DNA of 47,874 nucleotides from Octopus bimaculoides. Taxonomy: Eukaryota. The stretch is from contig NC_069005.1 in the NCBI RefSeq assembly GCF_001194135.2, positions 1,521,112 through 1,568,985 of the forward strand, in the 5' to 3' direction. The stretch's first letter is position 1. Every line of letters starts with the position of its first letter. Both the position numbers and the translations under genes were made by a program. Below the pieces are notes generated by a model. The model searched no databases. It was not told the origin of the DNA and worked only from the letters and a program-made list of their open reading frames with translations. This document shows, one piece after another, positions 11,160-24,100 of the stretch.

Positions 11160-14100
11160 TTAATGATAATTATTATAATATTATAAATAATAAATGTCCG
11201 GCACGAAGGTGCTATCTACCTGAAGGGCAACTTTTTGAAAAGGTATTCCAATGATGTCTGTGATGGTATTCATGCGAAAAATGGGGCAGGATTTCAAAGT
11301 GTGGGGATCATAGGTACAGTTTTTGGACATATTCGAATCAACATTAACCCTGTATTAATGAACAAAAATACAAATTTCAAAAAAAAAAAAAACAGAGAAA
11401 CAAATATTTTAAAAAATCCAAGAAATAGGAGGTAAAAACAAAATATAAAAAAGAATAAACTGTAAACAAAATTATATAAATTTATTGTTTTTTTTTTTTG
11501 GTTTTACACCTGTGTGTCTCGGTTAATATCAAATATTTAGGAATAATAAGATAAATGCTTTTTTTAAATATTTTGAATGCTTTGTATCCTGTTTTCAGAA
11601 ACTGGTATTTCCAGCTCATTGGGATAATATATCGAATAGAGACCCCAAAGGGCTCCCCATACATGTCCTGTTACTGTTACACTTGGTTCTTGAGCAGGGT
11701 ACTTAACTCTCAGATGGTTTATTTTTCTTTACAGTAAATAGATAACAGTTCTCGAGCCTGTATACACAAATCAGATGATTCAGACCAAAATTGACAGCCA
11801 TAAAAGCTAAGTCACTTTATGTACCAAGACAAATTTGGGGGACCAAAAATTCCATATGGAATGCTGCAGGATTTGAAGAGACAGTGATGATGTTTGAATG
11901 TTTATGCTTTTATTCTATGTCAACTTGTATGCCAGAAAATATGGTAGTTTGCTGGAGTGAGTTCAAATTTAATCACCAATAAAAACGTGTGATTAACTGC
12001 CATCCGAGAGGAGAAAACTAAAGTAACCAACTGCAATCTGTGACATTCTTCCACTGGTAGCCCAAATACTGTATTGATTGTCAATATAGACCAGGGTCTA
12101 ACTGTTATTGATGAAAACATAACTGGCTTCTCTTCATTCAATTAACAATTTATTGATCTGAAAGTTATTTACATCAATTATGAACTAAGAAATCTAAATA
12201 AATATTTCACATTATTCTGCACAAAAGATCTTCTTCAAATGTATTAACCAATGGAATTGATATTGCAAAAATACTCGTGTCCCTTTAGATTTAGATTTTT
12301 CAACTTCATTAACATCAAAATCAAATCAAATGGAAATTGTAGTTGTGACCCCTGTGCCGGTAGCATGTAAAAAAGCACCACCCAAACGTGGCCGATGCCA
12401 GTGCCGCTTTGACTGTGTATACAGGCTCGAGAACTGTTATCTATTTATCGGATTGTAGTTGTGACCCCTGTGCCGGTGGCATGTAAAAAGCACCCTCCGA
12501 TCGTGGTTGATGCCAGCAGCTCTGGCTCCTGTGCCAGTGGCACATGAAAAGCACCCACTACACTCTTGGAGAGGTTGGCATTAGGAAGGGCATTCAGCTG
12601 TAGAAACTGCCAGATCAGATTGGGGCCTGGTGCAAACTTCTGACTTCCCAGACCCCAGTCGAACCGTCCAACCCATGCCAGCATGGAAAATGGACATTAA
12701 ACGATGATGATGATGGAAAACCCTTTTGGACATTTTCTGTTCCAAAAGGTTTTTCCGATCCAATATCCCCATTCTATTCCGGTGCTGAGCTGGCAGAGGC
12801 ATCGGCATTGCTGGGCCAAATGCTAAATGCAATCTCATCTGGTCCCTTACATTCTGAGTTCAAATTCTACCAAGGCTGGCTTTGCCTTTCATTCTTTTGG
12901 TGCCATTCGAATAAGTACTAACTGTGTACTGGGGGCTGATGGATGCAATCAACTCACCCCACCCCTGAAATTGCTGGCCTTGTGCCAAAATTTTAAACTG
13001 ACATTTACTTTTGCTATTATTTATAAATTTACGTGTGTGCTTCAAGATAGTCCAAAAAAGAATTATTTCATTACAGAGATGTACTTGCATAGCAAGTAAC
13101 CTGATCTGAGATTGTGTACTGGAACAAGCACAATTGCAGCGTGGAAGGTGTTTATAAGCCATTTAAAATAACACACAAAAGCCGTTAGATTCACTTCAAC
13201 ATTTAAATTTAATTTACCAAAATATTTTCGGCGCTTTGAGACTGACAAAATCCTGTGCTCCATTATTTCATGTCTTCTTGAAAGTCTCTAAAATCCTTCT
13301 GATATCTTACACAATATTTTATAAAGGAAAAGTATAATTTGAGGGACAGTAGACTGTTATCTCTGGCAGTAGTCACAATCATATAAAGTCTATCTCCTTC
13401 ACTGTCTCCTACATAATGTGTTTGTTCAAACTGTGATGGCTATTTATAACTATGTAGGTTATCTCGTATGAGAGTTAAGTGTCTGGACTCTAATCTCATA
13501 ATAATGGCTAACAGGATAACAACACAACACTCCCTGGTCAAGGGTTCTGAAATAAAATAGGGCAGGAGTTTGAAGCTTATTTGGGACTTGCTGAAATATA
13601 AACTAGATCTTTTACTTGTTTCAGTCGTTGCACTGTGACCATACTGAGGCAACGCCTTGAAGAGTTTTTTTAGTTGAACAAACTAATCCCAGGACTTATT
13701 TTATTAAAACTTGGTACTTATTCCATGAGGTTTGTTTTGAACACTGGTTGTCAAGCAGTGGTGGGGAACAACCCCCCCCACACACTACTGTATGAGGTCA
13801 TAATCAAAAATTATCTGACCTAGATTTTTTTTTTTTTTTTTTTTTTTTTTGCACAAAATAATAATGCATGATCAAAATCTGCAAGGGTATTTAGGTGGCT
13901 GCGTCCTTCCTGAGCACGAACAAAAATTCTTGTGTCTCTAGGTTGCGCCATTCGCCCACAGTGAAGCGTTGAGTACAGACGTTCACTCTTCAGAGTGTGA
14001 TGTGCAATTTCTCTGTTTGAGTCACGATGACTGAGTGTATTGAGCAAAGATGCTGTAACAAATTCTGCTCAAAACTTGGTGGTACTCAAGCCAAGACAAT

Positions 14101-17003
14101 TGAGAAGATTCAGAAGGCCTTTGGAGATGATGCTTTGGGAAAACACAAATAAAGGAGTGGTACAATCGGTTCAAAGACGGCCCCACCTCAGTGGACAGTG
14201 AGCCATAATTATGCACTACAAGGTGAGACAATTAACAAAGAATACCACCTGGGCGTTCTTTGTTGCCTTCTTGAAGCTGTGTGGCAAAAACAACCCGACC
14301 TGTGGGCAGCAAAGAATTGGTAACTCCACCAATCTAATGCTCCTGTTCATTCCACCCACGTCACTCGAGCATTCCTTGTCAAGCAAAACACACCACTCAT
14401 TCGTCAGGCTTCCTACTCGCCAGACTTGGCTCCATGTGACTTTTGGATTTGGGGGGGGGGTTGCACGTGCGTTTACCTGCATATGACAGCAGAGTCTTAG
14501 AAAATAATTTAAAATCTTACCTGGAGACCTTGAATTTAGGGAAATGAACGTTGTTCTTGACGAAGATGGTGAAATTAGCTGCTGATTTCAGTAAGGGCTC
14601 ACTACAAGAGACAGATTATCAAGTTAGTAGTAGTAGTAGTAAGTAGTAGTTGTTGTTGTAGGAGGGAGGAAAGGAGGGGTAATGGTAATTAGTGTGGTCA
14701 GTAGACAGGTAGATATTAAATGTATAACAACATAGTCCTTCAGATTGGTTCAAAGGCCCAGTTGGTACTTTTAACTCTTTTGATACAAACTCTGCCTTCA
14801 GAACTCCTCTGGTTTCATGGCAGAAAAACCTTCATTTTTAAGTGGTCATATCTAAATTAAAACCTTCCATTACAATTTCGTCAATAACTTAAGTACCAGT
14901 TGCATACTGGAGTCAATCTAATCGACTGCCCCCCCCCCACTTCTCCCAAAATTTCGGGCCTTGTGCCTTAGAGCAGAAAAGATTACATAAGGGTAGGTGA
15001 GAATTACTAGAAAGAAGGGGCAATGCTGGTGATGTCAATGGGAAGTGTCTGAGCACACTCTGAAAGTAGAAAAAGGAAGAACACGGATGAAGAATCACTT
15101 CAGAAAAACCAGTAAATGTGTTTCTTATTGGCATAATGACTCTCCTGAAATACAACAAAGTTTTATGAACCCATTAAGTCCCGCAGTCCTATAAATAGGA
15201 CACTAAATGAGAACATTAAATAAGCTATATCACATTGTCTCAGTGTCCTATTTATAGGACACCGAATATTTCTATTTCTACTTGAAGTAAAGGAGTTTTA
15301 ATAATTATTTTTATCATTATAACGTATTTTCAATCATCTGTAAAAATTTAAAAGTAATATTCAGAAATTTGAGAACTCTGGGAGGGTTAATACAATTGCA
15401 GCATGGAAGACATATTGGCCATCCAAAAACACACAAAGATATGATTTCACTCAATTCTTTATTATTTGGTGTCCATATTTTCATTGCACCAACTACGACC
15501 TGGTCACTGGTTTTTGAATGACCAACATGTGTCGTCCACCCTGTAACTGTTCTAGTTTCAACACAGTCTCAGATCAAAACACTTGTCTGGCAAGTACGTC
15601 TCTGAAACTTTTATGAACAATCTCTCCAAAAATTGTTGGGATTTTCATAGTTGCAATGCAAAGCAAGCAATTTCCAGTGGGATCTAGTTTTTGCATGTCA
15701 AGCAGAAGGAACTGTTTTTCTTTTCTTTTTTTTTTTTTTTTTTTTTTTTTTTTGTATTTTTTGTATTATTTGGGTATGAATTTATCTTTACAGTTTTTGT
15801 TAAAATCAGAAAAAAAAAAGTAATTGACCCAACACTTACCCTAAAGTATCATTTTCAAATGGACACCAGGCATAAATCTCACAGACTTTAGTACCATTTT
15901 GGGAAGAATTTACACAGCGACCAGTTCTGAAGCCTGGAAAATAAAAATCACTTCACATAATCTAGAACCTTTTGAATGCATCATCATCACCACCACCACC
16001 ATAGGACGCACCCTAGCCTAGGCCATACTTTTGCACAATAAATTACCAATAAAATAATGTTTTAATTCTTCCACTTAGCTGTATAACTTTGTTATCACCA
16101 GTAATTATAAGCAGTTAATTGCATCCGCATTTGATATAGCCTAGGTTACATTTACATGACCTCTGATGTATAATTTCAGCCAACAGTCACAAGTTTTGAG
16201 CCCTACATTGAGTGCTTGGATGCAGAGGAAATTTTTTAGCCATTTTTGGGTAAAAAAGGTGTGACTTATAGGTGTGTCAAATGCAGTACTTCATTATTTA
16301 GAAAATTTATTCAAGAAAAGGTAAACTATCTTAACAGAAATGTAGTAACAAAAAGCTTAATGCCCCAAATTGTTTTGGCTGTTTATCAACCCGCTTGGAT
16401 ACCCACATAGACCCCAGGGTTCACTTTTGACCACTTGGCCAACCCCTAATCTAAACAAAGATCCGTTTTATCTTAATTCAATGTTTAAGATCTCCTGGAT
16501 CAGGATAATCTTGGACTAAAAGTAAACCCACAAAACTACTTACCATCGCCACTTGGTATCATTGTTTCAGCTGGGCAGTCAGCGTCGGTGGTACAAAAAT
16601 CACCAGAAGCAACATCCTGCAACACACAGACATTGTTATTTAAACAGGGACTCTAAGAATTTGCACAGACTAACTTATATACTTTCAGGATTTACATAAC
16701 TATGACATCATCATCATCATCGTTTAACGTCTGCTTTCCATGCGTTCATGGGTTGGACGATTTGACTGTGGACTGGTGAAACCGGATGGCTACACCAGGC
16801 TCCAATCTGATTTGGCAGAGTTTCTACAGCTGGATGCCCTTCCTAATGCCAACCACTCAGAGAGTGTAGTGGGTGCTTTTACATGTCACCCGCACGAAAA
16901 CGGCCACGCTCGAAATGGTGTCTTATGTGCCACCCACACAAGAGCCAGTCCAGGGGCACTGGCAACGATCTCACTTGGCTTGCCGGGTCTTCTCACGCAC
17001 AGC

Positions 17004-17045
<42 letters not shown>

Positions 17046-18098
17046 GCACATCTCATCATCATCATTATGATCATCATTGTTTAACATCCGTTTTCCATGC
17101 TGGCATGGGTCGGATGGTTTGACTGAGGACTAGCAAGCCAGGGGGCTGCACCGGGCTCCAGCCTGATCTGGCAAGGTTTCTGCAGCTGGATGCCCTTCCT
17201 GATGCCAACCACTCTGAGAGTGTAGTGGGTGCTTTTTGCATGCCACTGGCATAGGAGCCAGTTGTAGGGCACTGGCATCGACCACGTTCGGATGGTGCTT
17301 TTAATGTGCCCCCAGCACAAGGAGCCAGCCAGTATATATATATACACACACACACATATGCACACACACACACACACACACACACAAATATATGTATATA
17401 CACACACATATACATACATGTGTGCACATAAATAGCTAGCTAGATAGATATACATATTTACGCACACACACACACACACACAATGTTTTACAGATCCATT
17501 TTCATCTTTCTTATAAATCAATTTAACATTGGATACACACAGTAGATATCAGATAACAGGATGTTTCGCTTTAAGATAATCAACTTTGTTATCTGATACT
17601 TGGTCATCCAATACTCGATGCAAAACAGATTGCTTAAATGATAAACTGTAACTGTAATTCTGTAAGAATCTCACTCTATTGACCAATAGATACATACCTG
17701 TTTTTTCTGACTTACTTCATCATCATTTAACGTCCTCCTTCCATGCTGTCATGGGTTGGACGGCTTGAGAAGAGCTGGCTGGGCAGAAGACTGCACTAAG
17801 CTTCAGTGTCTGTTTTGGCAGGGGTTTTTTTTACAGCTCGATGCCCTTGCTAACACCAACCAACCCACAGAGTGGACTGAATGCTTATGTGGCACCAGCA
17901 CAGGAGAGGTCAGTTTGGCATGGTCTTTGCAACTGGATGCCTTTCCAAATGCCAATCATTTTACATTGAGGACTCGCTGCTTTTTTTATGTGGCACCAGC
18001 ACTGGAAGGGTCACCAAGTAACTTGCAAGACTAAGATCCTTTGAGAGAGGAGGGGGTATTGAGCAGGTAGTAATCTTGTGGCATATGTGGATATGTAT

Positions 18099-18130
<32 letters not shown>

Positions 18131-21100
18131 CTTGCAAATCTACCCATCTACGATGTAGGCATAAAATGAGGGAGTGAAGGCATAATGGCAGTATGTATTG
18201 AGAAATATGTAAATGGACTTGATAGATTACTGGCTGATGTCTTAGAGAAATCATATTATTTTTGGTGATATAATATTCTATTACAGCTATATGATGTGTT
18301 TGTGACTCTGTGAGGTGATGATGATTCACTCCCAAACTGAAATAGTCTCCCAGCCTCTGTACCATGAATGGTTATGTGGACCACTCCTAAAAAAATCCAG
18401 ACCTTCCTTCAACCATTACATAAAAAGTATTAAGAAAAAATGTTATTTACATATACTTTTATTTTAGTTGTTTGCACTATTTTACACTTGTTTATACTCT
18501 TATACATTCAAAGTTGACAAATTTCCTTATTTAAATTATGAATCATATTCATTTCGATAATATCAATATGATTACAAAACTTCTTTGTAGACAATATTTT
18601 CGGTTTGGTCAACACTAATTTTCAAATTACTGAAGTCCGTTGCTCTACTCATAGTGACGTATAACTGGCCATGTGTAAACATTGGAGTGGGTAAAAATAC
18701 ACCGATACGATCTAAAGTCTGACCTTGTGCCTCGTTTGCTGTGAATGCGCGAACGGAATCTTTAAGAATCCTCCCATCTACGATGGGAAATAAAGGGAGG
18801 AGAGAGAGAGAGAGAGAGGAAGAAGAGAGTATAAAGTTAGTCTTATAGTCTTACATTCCACCAAATCTAGTGCTGACCCATTCTTTGTCTCACTGTTTAC
18901 CAAACATGGTGGTATTCCATTTATAACCACAATGTATACCAGACATAATTATACCACACCCCTCCGTCCACCCAGTTCATAGCATCACAGTATACCACGC
19001 ACAGTTATGAGGTCTCATATTTCCAGTACGCACTAACCATGGTGATATCTCCCTTATTAATCTTTTTGGACCCTAACCATGGTGATATCTCTTTTATAGT
19101 ATCAATGAACATCAGTCACACCTTTATCACCTCACACTTTCACTCTACTCACAGTAATAGCCGTAGCATTGATAACAGTAGCAAGAACAACAATGAAAGC
19201 ATTTCTAGTAGTAGTAGTAGTAGTAGTGGTGGTTTACTTACTTGGGGACACCTTTGAGTCTGGTTGTACGTTATAATAGCATTGGTCATTACAAACACAG
19301 CACCGTTCTCCTGTAAAATATCAAGATATATACAGAGTTCAAATTTACAGGTAACAAAAGAGAAAGGACAGGTGAATGAACAAGAAGCAGGTGTATTCGT
19401 TTGGTGCTTGGGAAGAATGGAGAAGTCTTTGACATTTTTGAACCTGTGTTCTTTGACAGAAGGGATTGAGAGGAAAAAATGGAGAGAGAATGAAAAAATC
19501 AGAGAGAGGAAAAAATGTATAGGGGTCAATGGTTCAACACACATACACACACATATCATCATTATCATCATCATTTAAAGTCCACCTTCCATGCTGGCAT
19601 GGATGGGACGGCTTGACAAGAGCCAGCCAGGCAGAAGCCTGTGCCAGACTTCTGTAACTGTTTTGGTAGGATTTTTAAGGCTGGATGCCCTTCCGAACAC
19701 CAACCACTTTACAGAGTGTCCTGGGTGCTTTAAGTGGCACCTGCACTGACAGGGTCATCAAGTACTTGCAAAACAAAACAAAAAAAAACATTTTTGAGGG
19801 TGGGGGCATTGGAGGAGGTGATCTTGTATCTGGTGATGAAAGGTTATTTTCAGTTTATCTCACCTGAGGTGGAACAACATAGTCTGCCACATCCCAGACT
19901 CCAGGTGTGTCTGACAAAATTGTTCGGTTTGTCAAAGCGATGCCTTTTACTTTCGTGCTGATGGATCCAACTACAAAATCAAATTCTTGGTAACCTTTCT
20001 TGTAGACAATAACATACCTGTCAAAGACAGAAACATATACGATGATGCCATAATTAGTGGAAAAATCTATTATTATATGTACAAAAGACAAAATATTTGT
20101 CTACCCTGCTTTTTGAATAAGATATTTACTTTTGTAAAAACTTCAGGGTATTTCAGAAGCTGGGTAGCACATTTTTTTTCAATACAAAGGAATTATATCG
20201 GCCAAACTTAATACCTGTCACATATTTATATATATAATTCCACTTGGACGTTATGTTATATATAAAGAAGGGCCATTATGCAAATGAAAAAAACACAAAC
20301 CTGAAGCAGACTTGGATATATTATTGAAGATGTTGTGAATGATGACGAATTAATTTGACAAACCTAGCTCACTGATTGATTGACTGACCAATTAATCAAA
20401 TAATTAATTAGTTACTTGGTCAAATTGTTAGCTAATTGCCAAATGCCATATTTCCCAGCATATAATTCAAATTTTCAGCCCCAGGTGTACAACCAATTAA
20501 GGTAGGCTGACTTATACACAAAGAAAACTGTCATTTAGGTGCAACACCAACAATTTTTTGAAGGAAAGGATTTGATGATACTATTGACCCCAGTACTTTG
20601 TCAGTACTTTATTTTATTGACCCCAGATGGACGAGAGGCAAAATTAACCTCAGCTGGATTTGAACTCACAACGTAAAGAACTGGAACAAATTCTGCAAAA
20701 CATTTTTTTCTCACATTCTAACAATTCTTGCCACCTTATGTTCTTTTATTCTTTTACTTCTTTCAGTCATTTGATTGTGGCCATGCTAGAGCACAACCTG
20801 TCTGCAAAATTATATTTTTCTAAACAAACTTCATTTTATATGTTGTTTAAATTATTTTTCATAAAAATCTCAACATTATACTCTATGGTGCCTTTGATGT
20901 TTGCATTTAATTATTATAATTGTGTAACTAATTAATGTATTATAACACTTTAATTAATGTTGCCCGAGTTATTTTATGTCTATTTATGAAATTCTAAAAT
21001 TAAAAATTTCTTATTTCTTTCAACACAGAAACATTCTACAGAATTTTAGGATATTTTCCATGTCACATACCAGATCCAATTTTTTTCTAGAAATTTCCAA

Positions 21101-24100
21101 ATAATTTCAATATTTAAAGATTCATAACTTCTTTGCTTTTAATATCTCAAAAAATGGTTATGATTTTCATAATTGGTGTGAAAAACTACATCTGTGCTGA
21201 AATTCTTTTAAATATTTATTGTAGAGCAGGAAACTAAAAAGACCTGTTTTTTATGCCATTCCAGTTTCCACCCGGAACAGAAAAGGTTCCACACTTTTGT
21301 TTTAACGTATATGCTTTGGATGGGAATGGATTAAGAAACAAACTATTTAGAGGGAACCTCTGACAGAGTAGGGAACCTCTGTCAGGGTAGGGAACCTCTG
21401 TCAGGGTAGGGAACCACTATCAGGGTAGGGAATCTCTGTCAGGGTAGGGAATCTCTATCAGGGTAGGGAATCTCTATCAGGATAAGGAGCCTCTATCAGG
21501 GTAGTGAAGCTTTTTTTCTGTTTTTTAATGTGGACTGGGTGAAGACAAATTGCAAATCCATAAGAATTTCTGAAGACTTGTCGATTTTGAGAAAACTAAT
21601 GACTATTTATTGTTAATCTAGGGCTTACAACATAAATTAACATGAAATTTTGATGGAAGGTTTTGATTCAGATCACTTAAAAAACATGAAACTTGTGTTA
21701 GAGAACCAAGGCAGTCTTGAAAGCAGACTGGCATCGAAACGGTTCACTTGTTTCTGACCAACCTATGGTATGAATTTTTTGTTTTAAACCGGTATAAATC
21801 AAAACTTCCCATTAAAATTCCCATCTAATTCATGTTCTAAACACCAGCTTAATAATGACAAAGTTATTTTACAAAATTCAAGGAAACAAAGTCAGTCCTG
21901 ATACAATCTCCTTTCTCTCCAGGTATCACAGCATCAAGAAGGATGTCTATGTCGGCTCGTGAACTTTTAGATGTCCATGAGGTACCAAAAAACCATTAAC
22001 TGATGCATGTTACACACTAACACAAGCCATACTGATTGTGATGGCCACGTTGTATTGCAGCATTCAAATATTTAAAGAACTTGATAATGGAAAAACCGGT
22101 TTCCCTCTAACTTGCATCTAATTCAACCTAAGTTATCATTTTCCCAACAAATTATGGCTGACAGCTATAAATAAAATGGTTCTTGACATACATTTTAGAC
22201 ATGTTCAACAACATTTTTGTAAAACCAAAGTGATATGAAAACAAAATTGATTAAGTGCATTACAATTATTTTGCTAGCAAATAAACCATTTAAACAAGCC
22301 ATTTATGCAATCTTTTTAGTTGTAATGCACATTATTACTCTACAAATTAAATATTTTATTTTAGTCATAAGAGATTCAGACATTCACTGTTATTTCATAA
22401 TCAGTTATCATTCAAGAATAGTCACTTGAACTTTTCAAAATGAATCCATCCATCCAACCATTTTCTCAGTCATCTATCCCTGGGAGGGTCATGGCCGGAA
22501 GAGTCCTCAGATACCTTCTCTATTGGGTCCTAACAGAAGCAACTGTTGTTAGACATTCCGGTTGTATTCCTAAACGTAACCAACTGAGGTCATGGATATT
22601 ATCCGACCATTTTGTTCTTGGTCTGTCCCTAGGGCTCCTGCCAATTTGGCTCACTTTGAAGAATCCATCTTGCAATTCTTTCCTGCGACATTCTAATCTC
22701 ATGTCTGTAAGACCTTGCAGCACTCGGTAGTAAATAACCATTTAGGGTATGCTAGAGATCAGGCAAATAGATCAGGTAATATTCATTTCATTGACGATTT
22801 TGTTTTTCACTTTCACTACGTGATCTTAAACCGAAAGATTCCAAGTTTAGCATAAGTGAACTAGCTATGTTTAAAACGTATCTATTGAGAACCTTCTCAG
22901 TTTATTATTACAAATTGAAAGCCGAAAATTATTGTAAGCAATGGGTATAGGAATTTCAGAAAAAAATATTTTGAAATTAAAAAAAAAATTAATTTTAAAA
23001 AACAAATGTTTTGCAGAATTGTAATAATTTTATTTTAAAAAGTTAAATAAATAATAAAAAATCTAAGTTAAGAAGAAAAAAACTGGAGAAAAAGGGGGAA
23101 TAAGAAAAATGTGAAAAGCTGTTGTTTTTTTTCCTTTATGTGAAGTCGTAATCTCCGTTGAAGAAAACTTCAGAATTAGCAGAAACTTTTGAAAAAAGAA
23201 ACGAGAGAAAAAGAAATATTAGAAAGGAAAAACAAAAATGGGCGAGGCATCTATTCGACCCAGTCAACGGGATATTGACGCTATGTCAATATTTTCACTT
23301 TCGTTATTACAACTTGAAGGAATGTCTGTCTCGCAAAGATATCCTGTTGCGGCTATTGTGACAACATGTGTGAAATATTGACGAAAACATATTATGTGAG
23401 TAGAATGCTTTCGATTTATCGTTTCTTCAACAACTGCAAATGTTGTCAACTCAACATATATTTATGGATGTAATATTTGGATATGTCGTCAGTGCCGTGT
23501 ATAGCCGAGGTGTTTTTCGGGCCTTAAAACCCTCATCCAAGCAACTCGACCTAAATTAAGCAAGTCTGGGCCTGTATCCAAACGGCATTCAACTGATCTC
23601 CACTAATCGTCCTCTTTTCAGCCAGAACCATCTAGATCTAGAATATTTTCTTTCACCAGCCTCTCTGTTGCCGTTGGTGGCTCCTCTGTTCTTTCTGTAA
23701 CCCGACAAGGTTTTATAATCCTTACTCAGGCTGCAACCAGCAAACTTTCATCAATCTCCTCTCGTAAAAAACCTCCATCCTCCCAGTTATATATACCTTA
23801 TATATACCAGTTATATATACCTTATATATATGAAAACTCACATCTTTAATCAAATTGGGGGAGTACAAAGTCTGTTCCTTGTTTTCTTTAGATTTTTTCT
23901 TCTCTTGTTTTAATAACCATCAGCTATTTCATATAAATAAAAGGAAAAAAACCCAAAGTAAAACGAGATGAGGAGAAGAAAATACAACGACTTACCCAAC
24001 AATATATCCAATTATAATCAGTTGTAATAAACGATTGATAATACCGACTTTCTTACTGTGAATGTGGACGATTTTCGGAGTATCATACTCGAAAATTAAA

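Noticed and set aside
8188-11349. Idea that exon 7B belongs to a second, nested P2X paralogue
   Set aside because: No second copy of any other P2X exon was found in the window, and 7B splice phases fit the single gene.
21352-21503. CRISPR-like array (also 8891-8992 and 33474-33735)
   Set aside because: Head-to-tail repeats without unique spacers in a eukaryotic intron or intergenic context; no cas genes.
23504-23545. Second hammerhead-like motif on the minus strand (TTGGATGA-GGGT-TTTAAG-GCCC-GAAA)
   Set aside because: Stem II pairs, but the CUGAUGA core is broken and stems I and III cannot be formed convincingly.
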